64,000 nucleotides of DNA. It comes from Cyclobacteriaceae bacterium (lineage in GTDB: Bacteria; Bacteroidota; Bacteroidia; Cytophagales; Cyclobacteriaceae). The notes below the pieces were generated by a model, which did no database searches, was not told the origin of the DNA, and saw nothing but the letters and a program-made list of their open reading frames with translations. Made by a program: the position numbers and the translations under genes. The stretch covers positions 316,752 through 380,751 of the forward strand of contig DATHEL010000002.1 of NCBI GenBank assembly GCA_035318625.1, read 5' to 3'. This document shows, in pieces, positions 36,421 to 46,284 of the stretch (its first letter is position 1; every line of letters begins with the position of its first letter).

Positions 36421-38364
36421 CTGAAGTCACTGATTACAGTTGTTATCGGTGTGCTCGGTATCATTTCATCACTTGTCGCTTCGGCGCAAAGCGATGAAGC
36501 CGACTCATTGATCAGGCTCGACGAGGTGGTGATCACACACACCCGGCTGCAGAACTATGCGGCGGGCCACTATCTCTTGCCGGTCGACACACTTACGTCG
36601 CGCCTAGCGTCGATGACGAACGCCGCGGAGCTCCTTCGTAAGTTCGGGTATGGTCATATCCGTTCGTACGGCGTCGGTGGTGTCACCACTCCATCCTTTC
36701 GCGGAACCGGAGCAAGTCATACAGCGGTACTGTGGAACGGCATCAATATCATCAGTCCACTCAACGGGCAATCGGATCTCAGTCTCCTTCCCGTCAATTT
36801 TATCGACGAGGTGCAACTTCAAAGCGGTGGCTCCGCAAGTCTGTATGGGTCGGGCGCGATTGGCGGAACCATACAATTCAATAACAACGCAAGGTTCGGA
36901 CAAGGCCTGAATGTTTCGCTCACCGAAAACATCGGCTCCTTCCGCACATTCTTTCACGGCCTGTCCGCCACATGGAGCGGAAAGAAGTGGATCTCTTCAA
37001 CCAGGCTTTTCCAGACAAGTGCCGGGAACAATTTTACATTCACCAATCGGAACCTCGCACCGGCCCGTGAAGAAAACCGTGAGCACAACGCATTCGATCA
37101 ACACGGCATCCTTCAGCAGAATTATTTTCAGGTCAATAAACGTCAGTTGGTCAGCATCCGCTTCTGGTACCAGGATAATCACGTCGAAATCCCCGAACCG
37201 ACGACGGTAACGCGACCTGGGACCTCCACTCAACGCGACAAGTTTTTCCGGTCGATGATCGGATGGAACTACGACTACAATGGCGGTCACGTGTTCATTC
37301 AGTCTGCTCATGTTCATCATGTGCTGGATTACAGGAACCCATCCATCAATATTATCTCTATCAATACATTCGACAGTTTTATCAACACTTTCGAAAACAC
37401 GTTGTTGATCGCAGAAGGAGTTGAATGGACATCGGGCGCAAACTACACGTTCGAATCGATCACCGGCCAGGAGCTCCGCGGTGATCCAAGCCGCAACCGG
37501 CTGGCACTGTACACTGCCTTCAAACAGGAATCGGGTAAGGTCAAAAACGTTCTGAGCGCGCGACAGGAAGCCGTCAATGGGAAACTGACGCCTTTCGCGC
37601 CATCGTGGGGCATGGATTACAAGGTATCCAACAGACTTTCATTCTTCGGCAGCATTTCGCACAACTACCGCATCCCGACATTCAACGACCTGTACTGGAA
37701 CGACGGTCTTGCGAAAGGAAACCCCGAACTGAAAATGGAGAAGTCGTGGAGCGAGGAACTGGGTTTGAGGATAACTGTGCCAACCACCGCCGTCGTCACC
37801 TTTAGCGGACAACTGGCTGCATTCAGTAACCAGGTGGACAATATGATCTACTGGGGACAATCGACGGGAGTATGGACGCCGGAGAACGTAAGAAAGGCCT
37901 GGACGCGTGGTGTAGAATCGACCGGTACTTTACGAAAGGTGACTGGAAAGCTTTCCAGTGAGCTCACCGGTCGTTACAGCTACACCCTGGCTACGACCGA
38001 AGCGGTGTACGATCCTGACAAGATCGATGAGATCGGAAATCAACTTGTCTTTACACCGAAACATGAATTGGGCACAACGTTGCGACTGACGTGGAGATCG
38101 TACAATCTTTCCTTTACCAATAACTACACCGACCGGCAATACACGGACGACGGCAATACAGGATATCTGACCCTGAAACGCTATAACATTACCAACCTCT
38201 GGCTGTCCCGGGATTTTATACTGAAAAAATTGACCATTTTGTTCATGACCGAATTGAACAATGCGTTCAATAACGAAGTCAGTGCGCGCCCCGGTTATCC
38301 CCTGCCCGGAAGGAATTTCAAGGCCGGCATTACGATAAAATTCAATAAACCAATCCGAATATGA
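36421..38364 (+). CDS. btuB: TonB-dependent cobalamin receptor; start probably CTG 36421 rather than GTG 36451
   Basis: LDEVVIT TonB box, plug motif RG...SHTAVLWNGI, GGSASLYGSGAIGG, YRIPTFNDLYW, NPEL..E; downstream of the riboswitch. Confidence 0.85.
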   Translation: MKSLITVVIGVLGIISSLVASAQSDEADSLIRLDEVVITHTRLQNYAAGHYLLPVDTLTSRLASMTNAAELLRKFGYGHIRSYGVGGVTTPSFRGTGASHTAVLWNGINIISPLNGQSDLSLLPVNFIDEVQLQSGGSASLYGSGAIGGTIQFNNNARFGQGLNVSLTENIGSFRTFFHGLSATWSGKKWISSTRLFQTSAGNNFTFTNRNLAPAREENREHNAFDQHGILQQNYFQVNKRQLVSIRFWYQDNHVEIPEPTTVTRPGTSTQRDKFFRSMIGWNYDYNGGHVFIQSAHVHHVLDYRNPSINIISINTFDSFINTFENTLLIAEGVEWTSGANYTFESITGQELRGDPSRNRLALYTAFKQESGKVKNVLSARQEAVNGKLTPFAPSWGMDYKVSNRLSFFGSISHNYRIPTFNDLYWNDGLAKGNPELKMEKSWSEELGLRITVPTTAVVTFSGQLAAFSNQVDNMIYWGQSTGVWTPENVRKAWTRGVESTGTLRKVTGKLSSELTGRYSYTLATTEAVYDPDKIDEIGNQLVFTPKHELGTTLRLTWRSYNLSFTNNYTDRQYTDDGNTGYLTLKRYNITNLWLSRDFILKKLTILFMTELNNAFNNEVSARPGYPLPGRNFKAGITIKFNKPIRI

Positions 38365-39449
38365 GAACCAATTTTTTAAGACTCATTCCTAAGTTACTTA
38401 TCATTTGGTTGCTGATCGCCGTGCAGGCTTGCAACAACGACCCCGATCCGGTGATTCCCGCCGGCGCCGATGGATACTTCGTGGTGAACGAAGGCGGGTT
38501 TAACAACAGCAACACTTCGATCTCGTTTTACGACCGCGCGACGGACGTGATGACGAATGATGTCTTTGGGGCGAAAAACGGCCGGCCGCTGGGCGACCAG
38601 GCGCAGTCTGTCACCGTGTTCGAGGGTAAGGCATACATCGCGGTCCAAAACTCGGCGAAAGTCGAGGTCATCAGTGCCGATGACTTTTCATCGATCAAAA
38701 CCATCACCGAGAATATCGTAAGCCCGCGTTATTTTCTCGGAATAGATCCGGATAAGGGGTATCTCACTGACTGGGGAGAATTCGGAGCAGTAGGCACTGT
38801 GAAAGTGATCGATCTCAGTGATCTCAGCGTAATTAAGTCGATCCCCACAGGTGACGGGCCCAACAAGATGATCCGTAGCGGCGATAACGTGTACGTTGCG
38901 AACAGTGGTGGATGGGGTAATGACAACACCATCGTTGTGATCAGCACCGTGACCGACGAAGTTATTGCCACGATCACCGTTGGCGACAACCCTAAGAGCC
39001 TTCAATTCGACAAAGATGGAAACCTTTGGGCTGCAAGCATCGGTGCTTTGGTCTACAACGGAGACTTTAGTGTCGACGAAGCCAAAAGTACCAAGTCTTC
39101 CCTGAGTAAGATCGGCATCGACGGCAAAGAAGCGTTGAGATTTACGTTCACCAACCAGACATACCTAAGCGGTGGCGAGCTTGAGATCAACACAGGAGGT
39201 GATAAATTGTTCTATAATTATGACGGAGCCGTTTATTCGATATCCAATACAGCCACCGCGTTGCCGACGACCGCTTTTATCGACAAGAGAGTTTATGGGC
39301 TTGCGGTTGATCCATTCACAGACGATATCATTGCAACGGAAGCATTGAACTTTTCGTCACCGGGCAAGATTTACATTTATAATTCAGCGGGAACGTTGCA
39401 GAAGTCTATAACCGTGGGTATCGCTCCTAACGGTGTGGGATTTAAATGA
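38361..39449 (+). CDS. btuG: BtuG-like surface beta-propeller lipoprotein (YncE/DUF5074-like)
   Basis: Lipobox VQAC followed by acidic NNDPD; VVNEGGF, LGDQAQS, and repeated I.VG..P blades; ATGA-coupled to btuB. Confidence 0.8.
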   Translation: MRTNFLRLIPKLLIIWLLIAVQACNNDPDPVIPAGADGYFVVNEGGFNNSNTSISFYDRATDVMTNDVFGAKNGRPLGDQAQSVTVFEGKAYIAVQNSAKVEVISADDFSSIKTITENIVSPRYFLGIDPDKGYLTDWGEFGAVGTVKVIDLSDLSVIKSIPTGDGPNKMIRSGDNVYVANSGGWGNDNTIVVISTVTDEVIATITVGDNPKSLQFDKDGNLWAASIGALVYNGDFSVDEAKSTKSSLSKIGIDGKEALRFTFTNQTYLSGGELEINTGGDKLFYNYDGAVYSISNTATALPTTAFIDKRVYGLAVDPFTDDIIATEALNFSSPGKIYIYNSAGTLQKSITVGIAPNGVGFK

Positions 39450-39890
39450 TCACTTCTTCTCTATAAGGTCTGCTGCTTCGACAATGAAATTGCCGTGATC
39501 GATATCACCTTCATTGAGTTTTAGCTTGCCTTTGATGCGGATAAACTGGTCGGCTGTGAATTTCTCGCGTTTACCCTTGAAGTAAACTTCGGCGATCGAT
39601 TCGGGGCCGGCGCCTCCGCAGAAGAAACACTGGCTGTAGGGAAACTTTGAGAGAATAATGTATTCGTCGCCTTCCACATCGATGGGAAGGAAATAACCCT
39701 CGAGGCTGATGTCTTTCCCGGCGAGCGCTTTTAGTTCCTCGGGAAAGGCCGGCATCAGAAAATACTCACCCGCCTTCTCGTTATACTTCGCATCGAATTT
39801 TGTCTTCGCGAAAAGCGCCCAACCTTCAGGCTGTGCATAGGATGATGCTGAAGCAAATGCAAACGCTAAAAACAGAAACATTTTTTTCAT
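39450..39890 (-). CDS. DUF3299 family periplasmic OB-fold protein
   Basis: Signal peptide ending YA|Q; I.LEGYFLP and P..QCFFCG motifs. Confidence 0.85.
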   Translation of the reverse strand: MKKMFLFLAFAFASASSYAQPEGWALFAKTKFDAKYNEKAGEYFLMPAFPEELKALAGKDISLEGYFLPIDVEGDEYIILSKFPYSQCFFCGGAGPESIAEVYFKGKREKFTADQFIRIKGKLKLNEGDIDHGNFIVEAADLIEKK

Positions 39891-39907
39891 ACTGTCCGGC
39901 CGTTATC

Positions 39908-39931
39908 CGTGTGATCCGTGCGGATCACACG
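39908..39931. repeat. Near-perfect palindrome/hairpin inside the ABC-DUF3299 operon
   Basis: cgtgtgatcc-gtgc-ggatcacacg, with no U-tract. Confidence 0.7.
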
Positions 39932-39941
39932 TCAAAAATAA

Positions 39942-41123
39942 TCAATTACCTGAAAGGACTTGATGAATATCCGTACGGTACGCCTGCCATGCCGGTATTG
40001 CCGAACAGAAAACACCGAGTACCAGGCTTGCTCCCAGCAAAATAAACTCTTCGGTGTAGAACACGAATGCGGATATCCCCGTTCGTGCCCCTTCTTCAAC
40101 CAGTGTTGTAAATCCCAATATCAGCACGTGCCCCAACAGGATGCCGATCACGCTCCCCGTGAAGGTCAGGGCCACGCCTTCCATCACCACCGTGGTGAAC
40201 AACCGGGGCCGGCCCGCTCCCATCGAGCGCATAATGGCCATGTCGTAGCGACGCTCTTTCAATGAATTGTATAGAGCGATGAAAATACTCAGCGCCGAAA
40301 CGATGATGATGGTCGAAGCGATGCCCAGCAGCACGTCGACTCCGATACCCAGTATCGAAAACAGCCGTGCGGTTTCGAAGGCCGGCGACGCCGCCTGCAT
40401 ACTGGTGTTCGCGTTGATCATCCTTGGAAGCTGCAGCGCCGCGATCGGGTTCCGGTATTTGATGAGCAGCGAGGTGATCTCCCTGGCACTGTCCGATGCT
40501 TCGTGAATATCATGGACCTTCCACACACTGGAAATATTTGTGAACAACAGGTTGTCGGCAACGGCGTACGTGGGCTGAAGGATGCCGGTGACTTTGTACA
40601 GGTTCTCGTCATGATCATGTCCGTCGGACGTAAGGCCATGAGCGCTTGCGAACGTGTCGCCGATCTTCAACTTCAATACTTCCGCAGCAGAAGAACCGGC
40701 AACCACTTCGAGGTCCTCCGACCACCATTGACCTTCTTTTATTTTTGCTCCGAAAAGTCCCGTGTACGAAGTGTCTGTTCCCACGATCCGGAATCCCCGG
40801 TAGCTGTCACCCAACGCCATGGGTATCGCTCTTTTTACCATCCGGTTCTTCGAAAGCATTTCTGCATCGCGAAGCTTGATGTTGCCCGTCGGGAAATCGA
40901 TATGAAACACGCTGCACAACACCAGTTGCAGCGGACTTCCCTTCGCTCCCACCACCAGGTCGATGCCTCTCGAGTTCTTTGACATCTTTTCCTGGAACTG
41001 GTTGTTGAACAATATTAGCGTCGTGATCACGCCAATGCCCATCGACAGCAGGAGGATATTGAGAACCGTATTGAGCGGTTTGGCTTTCAGATAGCTCCAT
41101 ACCAGAACGAACGTGCTCATCAC
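39942..41123 (-). CDS. FtsX-like ABC permease with a His-rich periplasmic loop
   Basis: DLVVGAKGSPLQLVL, AIPMALGDS, AHGLTSDGHDHD, ERRYDMAIMRSMGA. Start is GTG 41123 or ATG 41120. Confidence 0.9.
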   Translation of the reverse strand: MMSTFVLVWSYLKAKPLNTVLNILLLSMGIGVITTLILFNNQFQEKMSKNSRGIDLVVGAKGSPLQLVLCSVFHIDFPTGNIKLRDAEMLSKNRMVKRAIPMALGDSYRGFRIVGTDTSYTGLFGAKIKEGQWWSEDLEVVAGSSAAEVLKLKIGDTFASAHGLTSDGHDHDENLYKVTGILQPTYAVADNLLFTNISSVWKVHDIHEASDSAREITSLLIKYRNPIAALQLPRMINANTSMQAASPAFETARLFSILGIGVDVLLGIASTIIIVSALSIFIALYNSLKERRYDMAIMRSMGAGRPRLFTTVVMEGVALTFTGSVIGILLGHVLILGFTTLVEEGARTGISAFVFYTEEFILLGASLVLGVFCSAIPAWQAYRTDIHQVLSGN

Positions 41124-41746
41124 AGTTGTATTTGTCTTTGGACCTTCGACTTCAAACGCGAATCGTGCGTGGCGATCACAAGGGTCGACTGATTTTCTTT
41201 GGCAACGCTCATCAGCAGATCGATTACGGCATCACAGTTTTTGTCATCGAGCGCCGATGTTGGCTCATCGGCCAGTATCACCTGTGGTTTGTTCATCAGC
41301 GCGCGGGCTATAGCAACCCTTTGTGCCTGACCCTGGCTGAGGGTAGATATCTTTGCAGTCTGTAGTTGTGAAAGATTCAGACCACCGAGCACTTCCGGTA
41401 CTCTCGACGGTTGAAATTTACCTCCGGAGAGGTATGGCGCGATCAACAGGTTTTGTTCTACATTGAGGGCGGTGATGAGGTGATTTCGCTGAAAGATGAA
41501 TCCCAGATGTTGCCCGCGGAAGCGGTCCAACTCGGTTTCTGAAAGCGGACCAAGATCAGTACCGTTGACACGGATCATTCCCGTCGGCGTTCGTAACAGT
41601 CCGCCGAGCAGGTGAAGCAGGGTGGTTTTACCGCATCCCGATTCACCCAGCAAAAGGCAGTGCTCTCCGCGTTCGATGACAAACGCACCGAAATCGATCT
41701 TTTTTCCGCCGGAGTAGGTGTAGGAAAGTCCGCTTACTTCGATCAC
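41120..41746 (-). CDS. ABC transporter ATP-binding protein (LolD-like)
   Basis: GESGCGKTT, LSQGQAQRVAIARA, LADEPT, ATHD. Confidence 0.95.
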   Translation of the reverse strand: MIEVSGLSYTYSGGKKIDFGAFVIERGEHCLLLGESGCGKTTLLHLLGGLLRTPTGMIRVNGTDLGPLSETELDRFRGQHLGFIFQRNHLITALNVEQNLLIAPYLSGGKFQPSRVPEVLGGLNLSQLQTAKISTLSQGQAQRVAIARALMNKPQVILADEPTSALDDKNCDAVIDLLMSVAKENQSTLVIATHDSRLKSKVQRQIQL

Positions 41747-41806
41747 TTTTCGTCAAGATTTTACAATTCGTGACAACTCTCGTCGTTCACAAACGTCAAA
41801 GATAGA

Positions 41807-44305
41807 ATGTTCTTCAACTACCTCCTCCTGGCGCTCCGTAACCTCCGGAAACAACGAAGCTACGCGATTGTTAACATCCTCGGCCTGGCTATCGGGCTTG
41901 CCTCGGCAATCTTCATCTTCCTGTACGTACGCGACGAGCTCACCTTCGACTCCCACCACCCGCACGCAAGCCAAACCTACCGTCTAGGTTACCGGATCGA
42001 CATGCCTAACGGAGATAGCGAAGGTTATCCGGCATCTCCGGCAGGCTGGGACAATTATATCAAAGACACTTATCCAGGTGTCACGCTCATATCGAGTTTC
42101 GAAAACACCGGCATGCCCACCAGCATTCGCTATGTGCCCAAAGAGCGGATCATTCTCACCGAGGAGATCATCTGGGCGGAGTCGAACATCGGTGATCTCA
42201 TTAAAATAGATATCGTTAAGGGCGACCGCACGAACGCTTTAAAAGACATCAACTCGATATTGATATCTGAAACGTCGGCGAAGGATCTTTTCGGCGACGA
42301 AGATCCTCTCAATAAAACACTCACCCTCTCCCACGACTATTCGACCCGCGGCCAGAAGATCGAGATGATGGTAACGGGTGTCTACAAAGATTTCCCTACC
42401 AACACACACATTCGTCCCGGTTACATTGTCAATATCCTCGCACAGAAACCATTTATAGAAAACCTCGAGACGCTTCTTTCGACGGCGATGGGTGACGGCG
42501 ATAATAACTACTGGACACAGTCAATCTTTGTATGCACCGATGAATCCCAGATCCCGGTCATTCAAAAAGATCTTCAGGAGAAGGCAAACAAGATCATCGC
42601 CCGCTTCAACCTCGACCTGAAATTCACACCCTTCATACGTAAGATCACAGACGTTCACTTCGATCAGGATCTCAGTTGGTCGATATCGCATAAACCTGCC
42701 GACAAAAAATATACACTTGTATTCGTTACGATAGCCGTGTTGATATTGATTGTGGCATGTATAAACTATGTCAATCTTTCAACTGCCAGGTCGGCAACGC
42801 GCGCCAAGGAAATCGGCCTTCGAAAAACATTCGGTGGCTTCCGGCTCCAGCTGTTTGCACAATTCATGACGGAGTCGTTCATGCTCGTGCTGATATCAAC
42901 GATACTGGCGTTGTTACTCGTTGCCTTATTTATGCCCCAGTTCAATCAGCTTACAGGAAAGTCTTTTACGGTGGCATATCTTTTCGACCCGACGATGTTG
43001 CTCATCACCGCCGGTGTGATCGCCTTCGTAACGTTACTGGCAGGCAGTTACCCCGCAATCTTTGTCTCAGGATTTCAGCCGGCAAACGTGTTGAAAGGAA
43101 AATTCGAGTTCCGCAAAGGTTCCATCTTCTTCCGCCAGTTTCTCACCACCGTTCAGTTTGTCGTGGCCGTCACGCTGCTGGTCGGGACGGTGATCGTCAT
43201 TCGCCAGATGGATATGATGCGCACAAGCAAGCTCAATGAAGCCGGTAAGCAGATCGTGTCTATTCGCTACGGTGGTTTCACCGGCGATGCAAGTGATCAG
43301 AAATACCTCGCATTCAAGAACCTCGTACTCCAGGATCCTTCGATTGAAGCCGTCACGCTTGCCAATCACCTTCCCCGTCTCGACTTCTTCGGTCCTGTGA
43401 ACATGACCATGCAGTTCCCCGACATCAGTGAAGAAAAGCACGAATGGTTCCAGCTAAATGGTGACTTCGATTTCCCGAAGACATTCAAGATGAACATCAT
43501 CGCCGGGCGCGATTTCGACCCGAAGAACATTGGGGATTCGACTGCAATCCTGTTGAATGAATCTGCAGCAAAATCTTTAAATCTTACTCCTTCGGAGCTT
43601 GTTGGTAAGACCGTGATCCGTCCCGAATTCGTCATGGGCTACAACCGCCCCGACAGTACGAGGCCTCCGGTTACCGGACTCGTCATCGGGGTGATCGAAG
43701 ACTTCCCTTACCGCTCGATGCACAAAAAGATCGATCCGCTCGCCATCTGCCCGAAGCCACATACATTTGATCGTATCATTCACATCAGATTACCAGCGTC
43801 TAAGATTGGAGAAAAGATCGCAGGCCTTGAAACCGCATGGAAACAGGTGTTTCCCGACTTCGGCTTCGACTATTGGTTCGTAGACGAAGAATTCGGACGG
43901 ATGTACGAGAATGAAGTACAGGTTGCAGAGCTCACAGAAAAATTCTCAGCGCTTGCAATCCTCATCACCTGCGTCGGGCTGTACGGGTTAGCTTCATTCC
44001 TTTCTGAACAACGCACCAAGGAAATCGGCATCCGTAAGACGCTTGGGGCCAGCAATCTTCAGGTACTGACGTTGCTGCTGAGTGTCTTTGCGAAGTTGTT
44101 GCTCATTGCGTGTGTGATTGGTGTTCCGTTAGCGTGGTACTTGTCGACCACGTGGCTGGAGAGTTTTGTTTACCAGACGCCACTGGGTGTGCTGGTATTT
44201 GCGGGAGCGGTGGGGATGATCGTGATGATCACGTTACTGACTGTAGGTTACGAGTCGCTGAAAGCTTCGTTGGCCAACCCGGTGAAGGCCCTTAAGCACG
44301 AGTGA
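41807..44305 (+). CDS. MacB/FtsX-type ABC transporter permease (tandem double FtsX)
   Basis: MFFNYLLLALRNL, IVACINYVNL...RAKEIGLRK, RTKEIGIRKTLGA, ANPVKALKHE. Confidence 0.94.
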   Translation: MFFNYLLLALRNLRKQRSYAIVNILGLAIGLASAIFIFLYVRDELTFDSHHPHASQTYRLGYRIDMPNGDSEGYPASPAGWDNYIKDTYPGVTLISSFENTGMPTSIRYVPKERIILTEEIIWAESNIGDLIKIDIVKGDRTNALKDINSILISETSAKDLFGDEDPLNKTLTLSHDYSTRGQKIEMMVTGVYKDFPTNTHIRPGYIVNILAQKPFIENLETLLSTAMGDGDNNYWTQSIFVCTDESQIPVIQKDLQEKANKIIARFNLDLKFTPFIRKITDVHFDQDLSWSISHKPADKKYTLVFVTIAVLILIVACINYVNLSTARSATRAKEIGLRKTFGGFRLQLFAQFMTESFMLVLISTILALLLVALFMPQFNQLTGKSFTVAYLFDPTMLLITAGVIAFVTLLAGSYPAIFVSGFQPANVLKGKFEFRKGSIFFRQFLTTVQFVVAVTLLVGTVIVIRQMDMMRTSKLNEAGKQIVSIRYGGFTGDASDQKYLAFKNLVLQDPSIEAVTLANHLPRLDFFGPVNMTMQFPDISEEKHEWFQLNGDFDFPKTFKMNIIAGRDFDPKNIGDSTAILLNESAAKSLNLTPSELVGKTVIRPEFVMGYNRPDSTRPPVTGLVIGVIEDFPYRSMHKKIDPLAICPKPHTFDRIIHIRLPASKIGEKIAGLETAWKQVFPDFGFDYWFVDEEFGRMYENEVQVAELTEKFSALAILITCVGLYGLASFLSEQRTKEIGIRKTLGASNLQVLTLLLSVFAKLLLIACVIGVPLAWYLSTTWLESFVYQTPLGVLVFAGAVGMIVMITLLTVGYESLKASLANPVKALKHE

Positions 44306-44319
44306 TCTATCGCGCCCTC

Positions 44320-45495
44320 CTACGGGCTCTTCGGAGCATCACTTCTGCGGGTACCCTCATACAACTCGTACTCCAACAACCGGCAATCCAGCTTAGCCGA
44401 ATAAAACTCGATCCTTCTGCTTGCCTTCAACCCGATCTTCTTCGCAAGGTCAAGGTTGCCGGTAAAAATATATCCTGTATACCCTTTGCATTTCTTTTTC
44501 AGGAAATCTCCAATCCGTTCATAAGTCGTTTCCAGCTCCGAAGATTCTCCCATCCTCTCGCCGTACTCCGGGTTCAGAAAAACAATACCCGGCGGCTCTG
44601 GCAATGGCGTCTCTTCAAAATCGCAGATAGTGAATTCGATCAGGTGATCGACACCCGCCACTTTCGCATTTACTTTCGAGATCTCCACCGCGTCCTGGCT
44701 GATATCGGTCGCAATCACCCGTAGCCCTTCCACTTCGACAATATCAGACTTCAGCCGATCCAACAAAATCCCGTAGTCATTTTCATCGTAGCCGACTACA
44801 TGCATGAATGAATAATTGTTTCGGTACAAGCCCGGCTTCCGGCCGGTCGCGATCAACACGGCCTCGATAGCCAGCGTCCCCGATCCACACATGGGATTGA
44901 CAAACGGCGACTTCCGGTCCCACTTGGACGCCAGGACTGTCGACGATGCCAACGCTTCGAGCATCGGCGCCTTACCCGGTATCTTGCGATAACCATGTTT
45001 GGCCAGCGTCTCCCCCGACGTGTCGATGAATATCTCCGCCGTATCCTCCTTCCAATAAACATGGATCACAGTCTTGTCCAGCTCCGACCCGGAGTCCGGC
45101 CGCACGCCTGTCTCCCTCCTGAACCGGTCGACGATTGCGTCCTTGATCTTCACGTTGACGAACAACGGGTTGTTCACCGTGAAATGATCGACGTGGCTAG
45201 TCACGGAAAAATAACCGGTACGGTCGATCACTTCGTCCCATGAATACCTCAGCACCTCCTGGTACAGATCTTCCGGGTTCCTCACCTTGAACTGTCTCAA
45301 TGAGTAAAGAACCTGGCTGGCGCTGCGAAGATGAAGATTGAGCTCGATGCACTGACGAAGCGAGGCCTTCAGCTCGACTCCTGTGGCGAAGACTTTCTCG
45401 GGTATGTGACCCAGGGCTCTCACTTCTCCTTCAAGCACAGGAGCCAGTCGTTTATTACATGTAATGATAACTCTGCTTACTTTTCCGAAATCCAT
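44320..45495 (-). CDS. THUMP-domain RNA methyltransferase (RlmL-like)
   Basis: SGETLAKHGYR, NPMCGSGTLAIEA, and NPEYGERM motifs. Confidence 0.9.
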   Translation of the reverse strand: MDFGKVSRVIITCNKRLAPVLEGEVRALGHIPEKVFATGVELKASLRQCIELNLHLRSASQVLYSLRQFKVRNPEDLYQEVLRYSWDEVIDRTGYFSVTSHVDHFTVNNPLFVNVKIKDAIVDRFRRETGVRPDSGSELDKTVIHVYWKEDTAEIFIDTSGETLAKHGYRKIPGKAPMLEALASSTVLASKWDRKSPFVNPMCGSGTLAIEAVLIATGRKPGLYRNNYSFMHVVGYDENDYGILLDRLKSDIVEVEGLRVIATDISQDAVEISKVNAKVAGVDHLIEFTICDFEETPLPEPPGIVFLNPEYGERMGESSELETTYERIGDFLKKKCKGYTGYIFTGNLDLAKKIGLKASRRIEFYSAKLDCRLLEYELYEGTRRSDAPKSP

Positions 45496-46253
45496 CAGTG
45501 TACGTATTTGATCTCTTTAAGGTCGAAAGATCTCATTCTGTCTCCGATTTCCACCAACAGTCTTCCATTTGTATCGACACCACGCAGGATCCCATCCGTT
45601 TCTTTCTCATCTACAATGAACGAATGTACTTCGTTGACGCGGTAGAGCGACCGGAGATAGTCGTGGTCAAGCTCCTTGAGGCGGTTGTTCTTCAGTTGAA
45701 TATAACGCCATTCAATTGACTGAAGTGTCTCGTCGAATAATTTCGCGAGGTCGATAGGCTTACCCGAGTGAATTGAAACGGAGCTTGCGTGTGGTGATGA
45801 GAATGTCTTTTGATTGACATTCAGCCCGATACCGATCACCGAACGGCCCAGCTGGTTGCCTGTAACCTGGTTTTCGATCAGGATGCCGCAAACTTTTTTA
45901 CAGCTAATCATGATATCGTTGGGCCATTTTACGTGTACACGCTCAGAAGTGTGCCGGCTTACGGTATCATGGACAGCCAGGGCGACGGCCTTATTGAGAT
46001 GGAACTGCTGCGAAGCTTGCAGGAAAACCGGATGCACTACGATCGAAAAAGTGAGGTTCAGACCGCTCCCCGATTCCCATGTATTTCCGCGTTGGCCGCG
46101 GCCCGAGGTTTGATGGTCCGTGATCACTACGGTCCCGTCGGGCGCCTGGCCGGCTTGTGCAAGTTCGACTGCCTGCGTGTTTGTTGAAGGACATTCGGGC
46201 AAAATCACCAGGTTTTTGCCTAAGAAAAGGGTGCCGGAGGGGATTTTATACAA
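45495..46253 (-). CDS. birA: Biotin-protein ligase (no HTH domain)
   Basis: STN, QTSGRGQRGNTW, KWPNDI, KKVCGILIE, GIGLNVNQ. TTG start. Confidence 0.95.
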   Translation of the reverse strand: MYKIPSGTLFLGKNLVILPECPSTNTQAVELAQAGQAPDGTVVITDHQTSGRGQRGNTWESGSGLNLTFSIVVHPVFLQASQQFHLNKAVALAVHDTVSRHTSERVHVKWPNDIMISCKKVCGILIENQVTGNQLGRSVIGIGLNVNQKTFSSPHASSVSIHSGKPIDLAKLFDETLQSIEWRYIQLKNNRLKELDHDYLRSLYRVNEVHSFIVDEKETDGILRGVDTNGRLLVEIGDRMRSFDLKEIKYVH

Positions 46254-46264
46254 GCGTTTTTGGT

Positions 46265-46272
46265 TACCTTTG
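46265..46272 (+). promoter_or_regulatory. Bacteroidota -7 promoter box for rsfS-ftsH
   Basis: TACCTTTG followed by CA. Confidence 0.6.
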
Positions 46273-46284
46273 CAGGTTCTTAAG

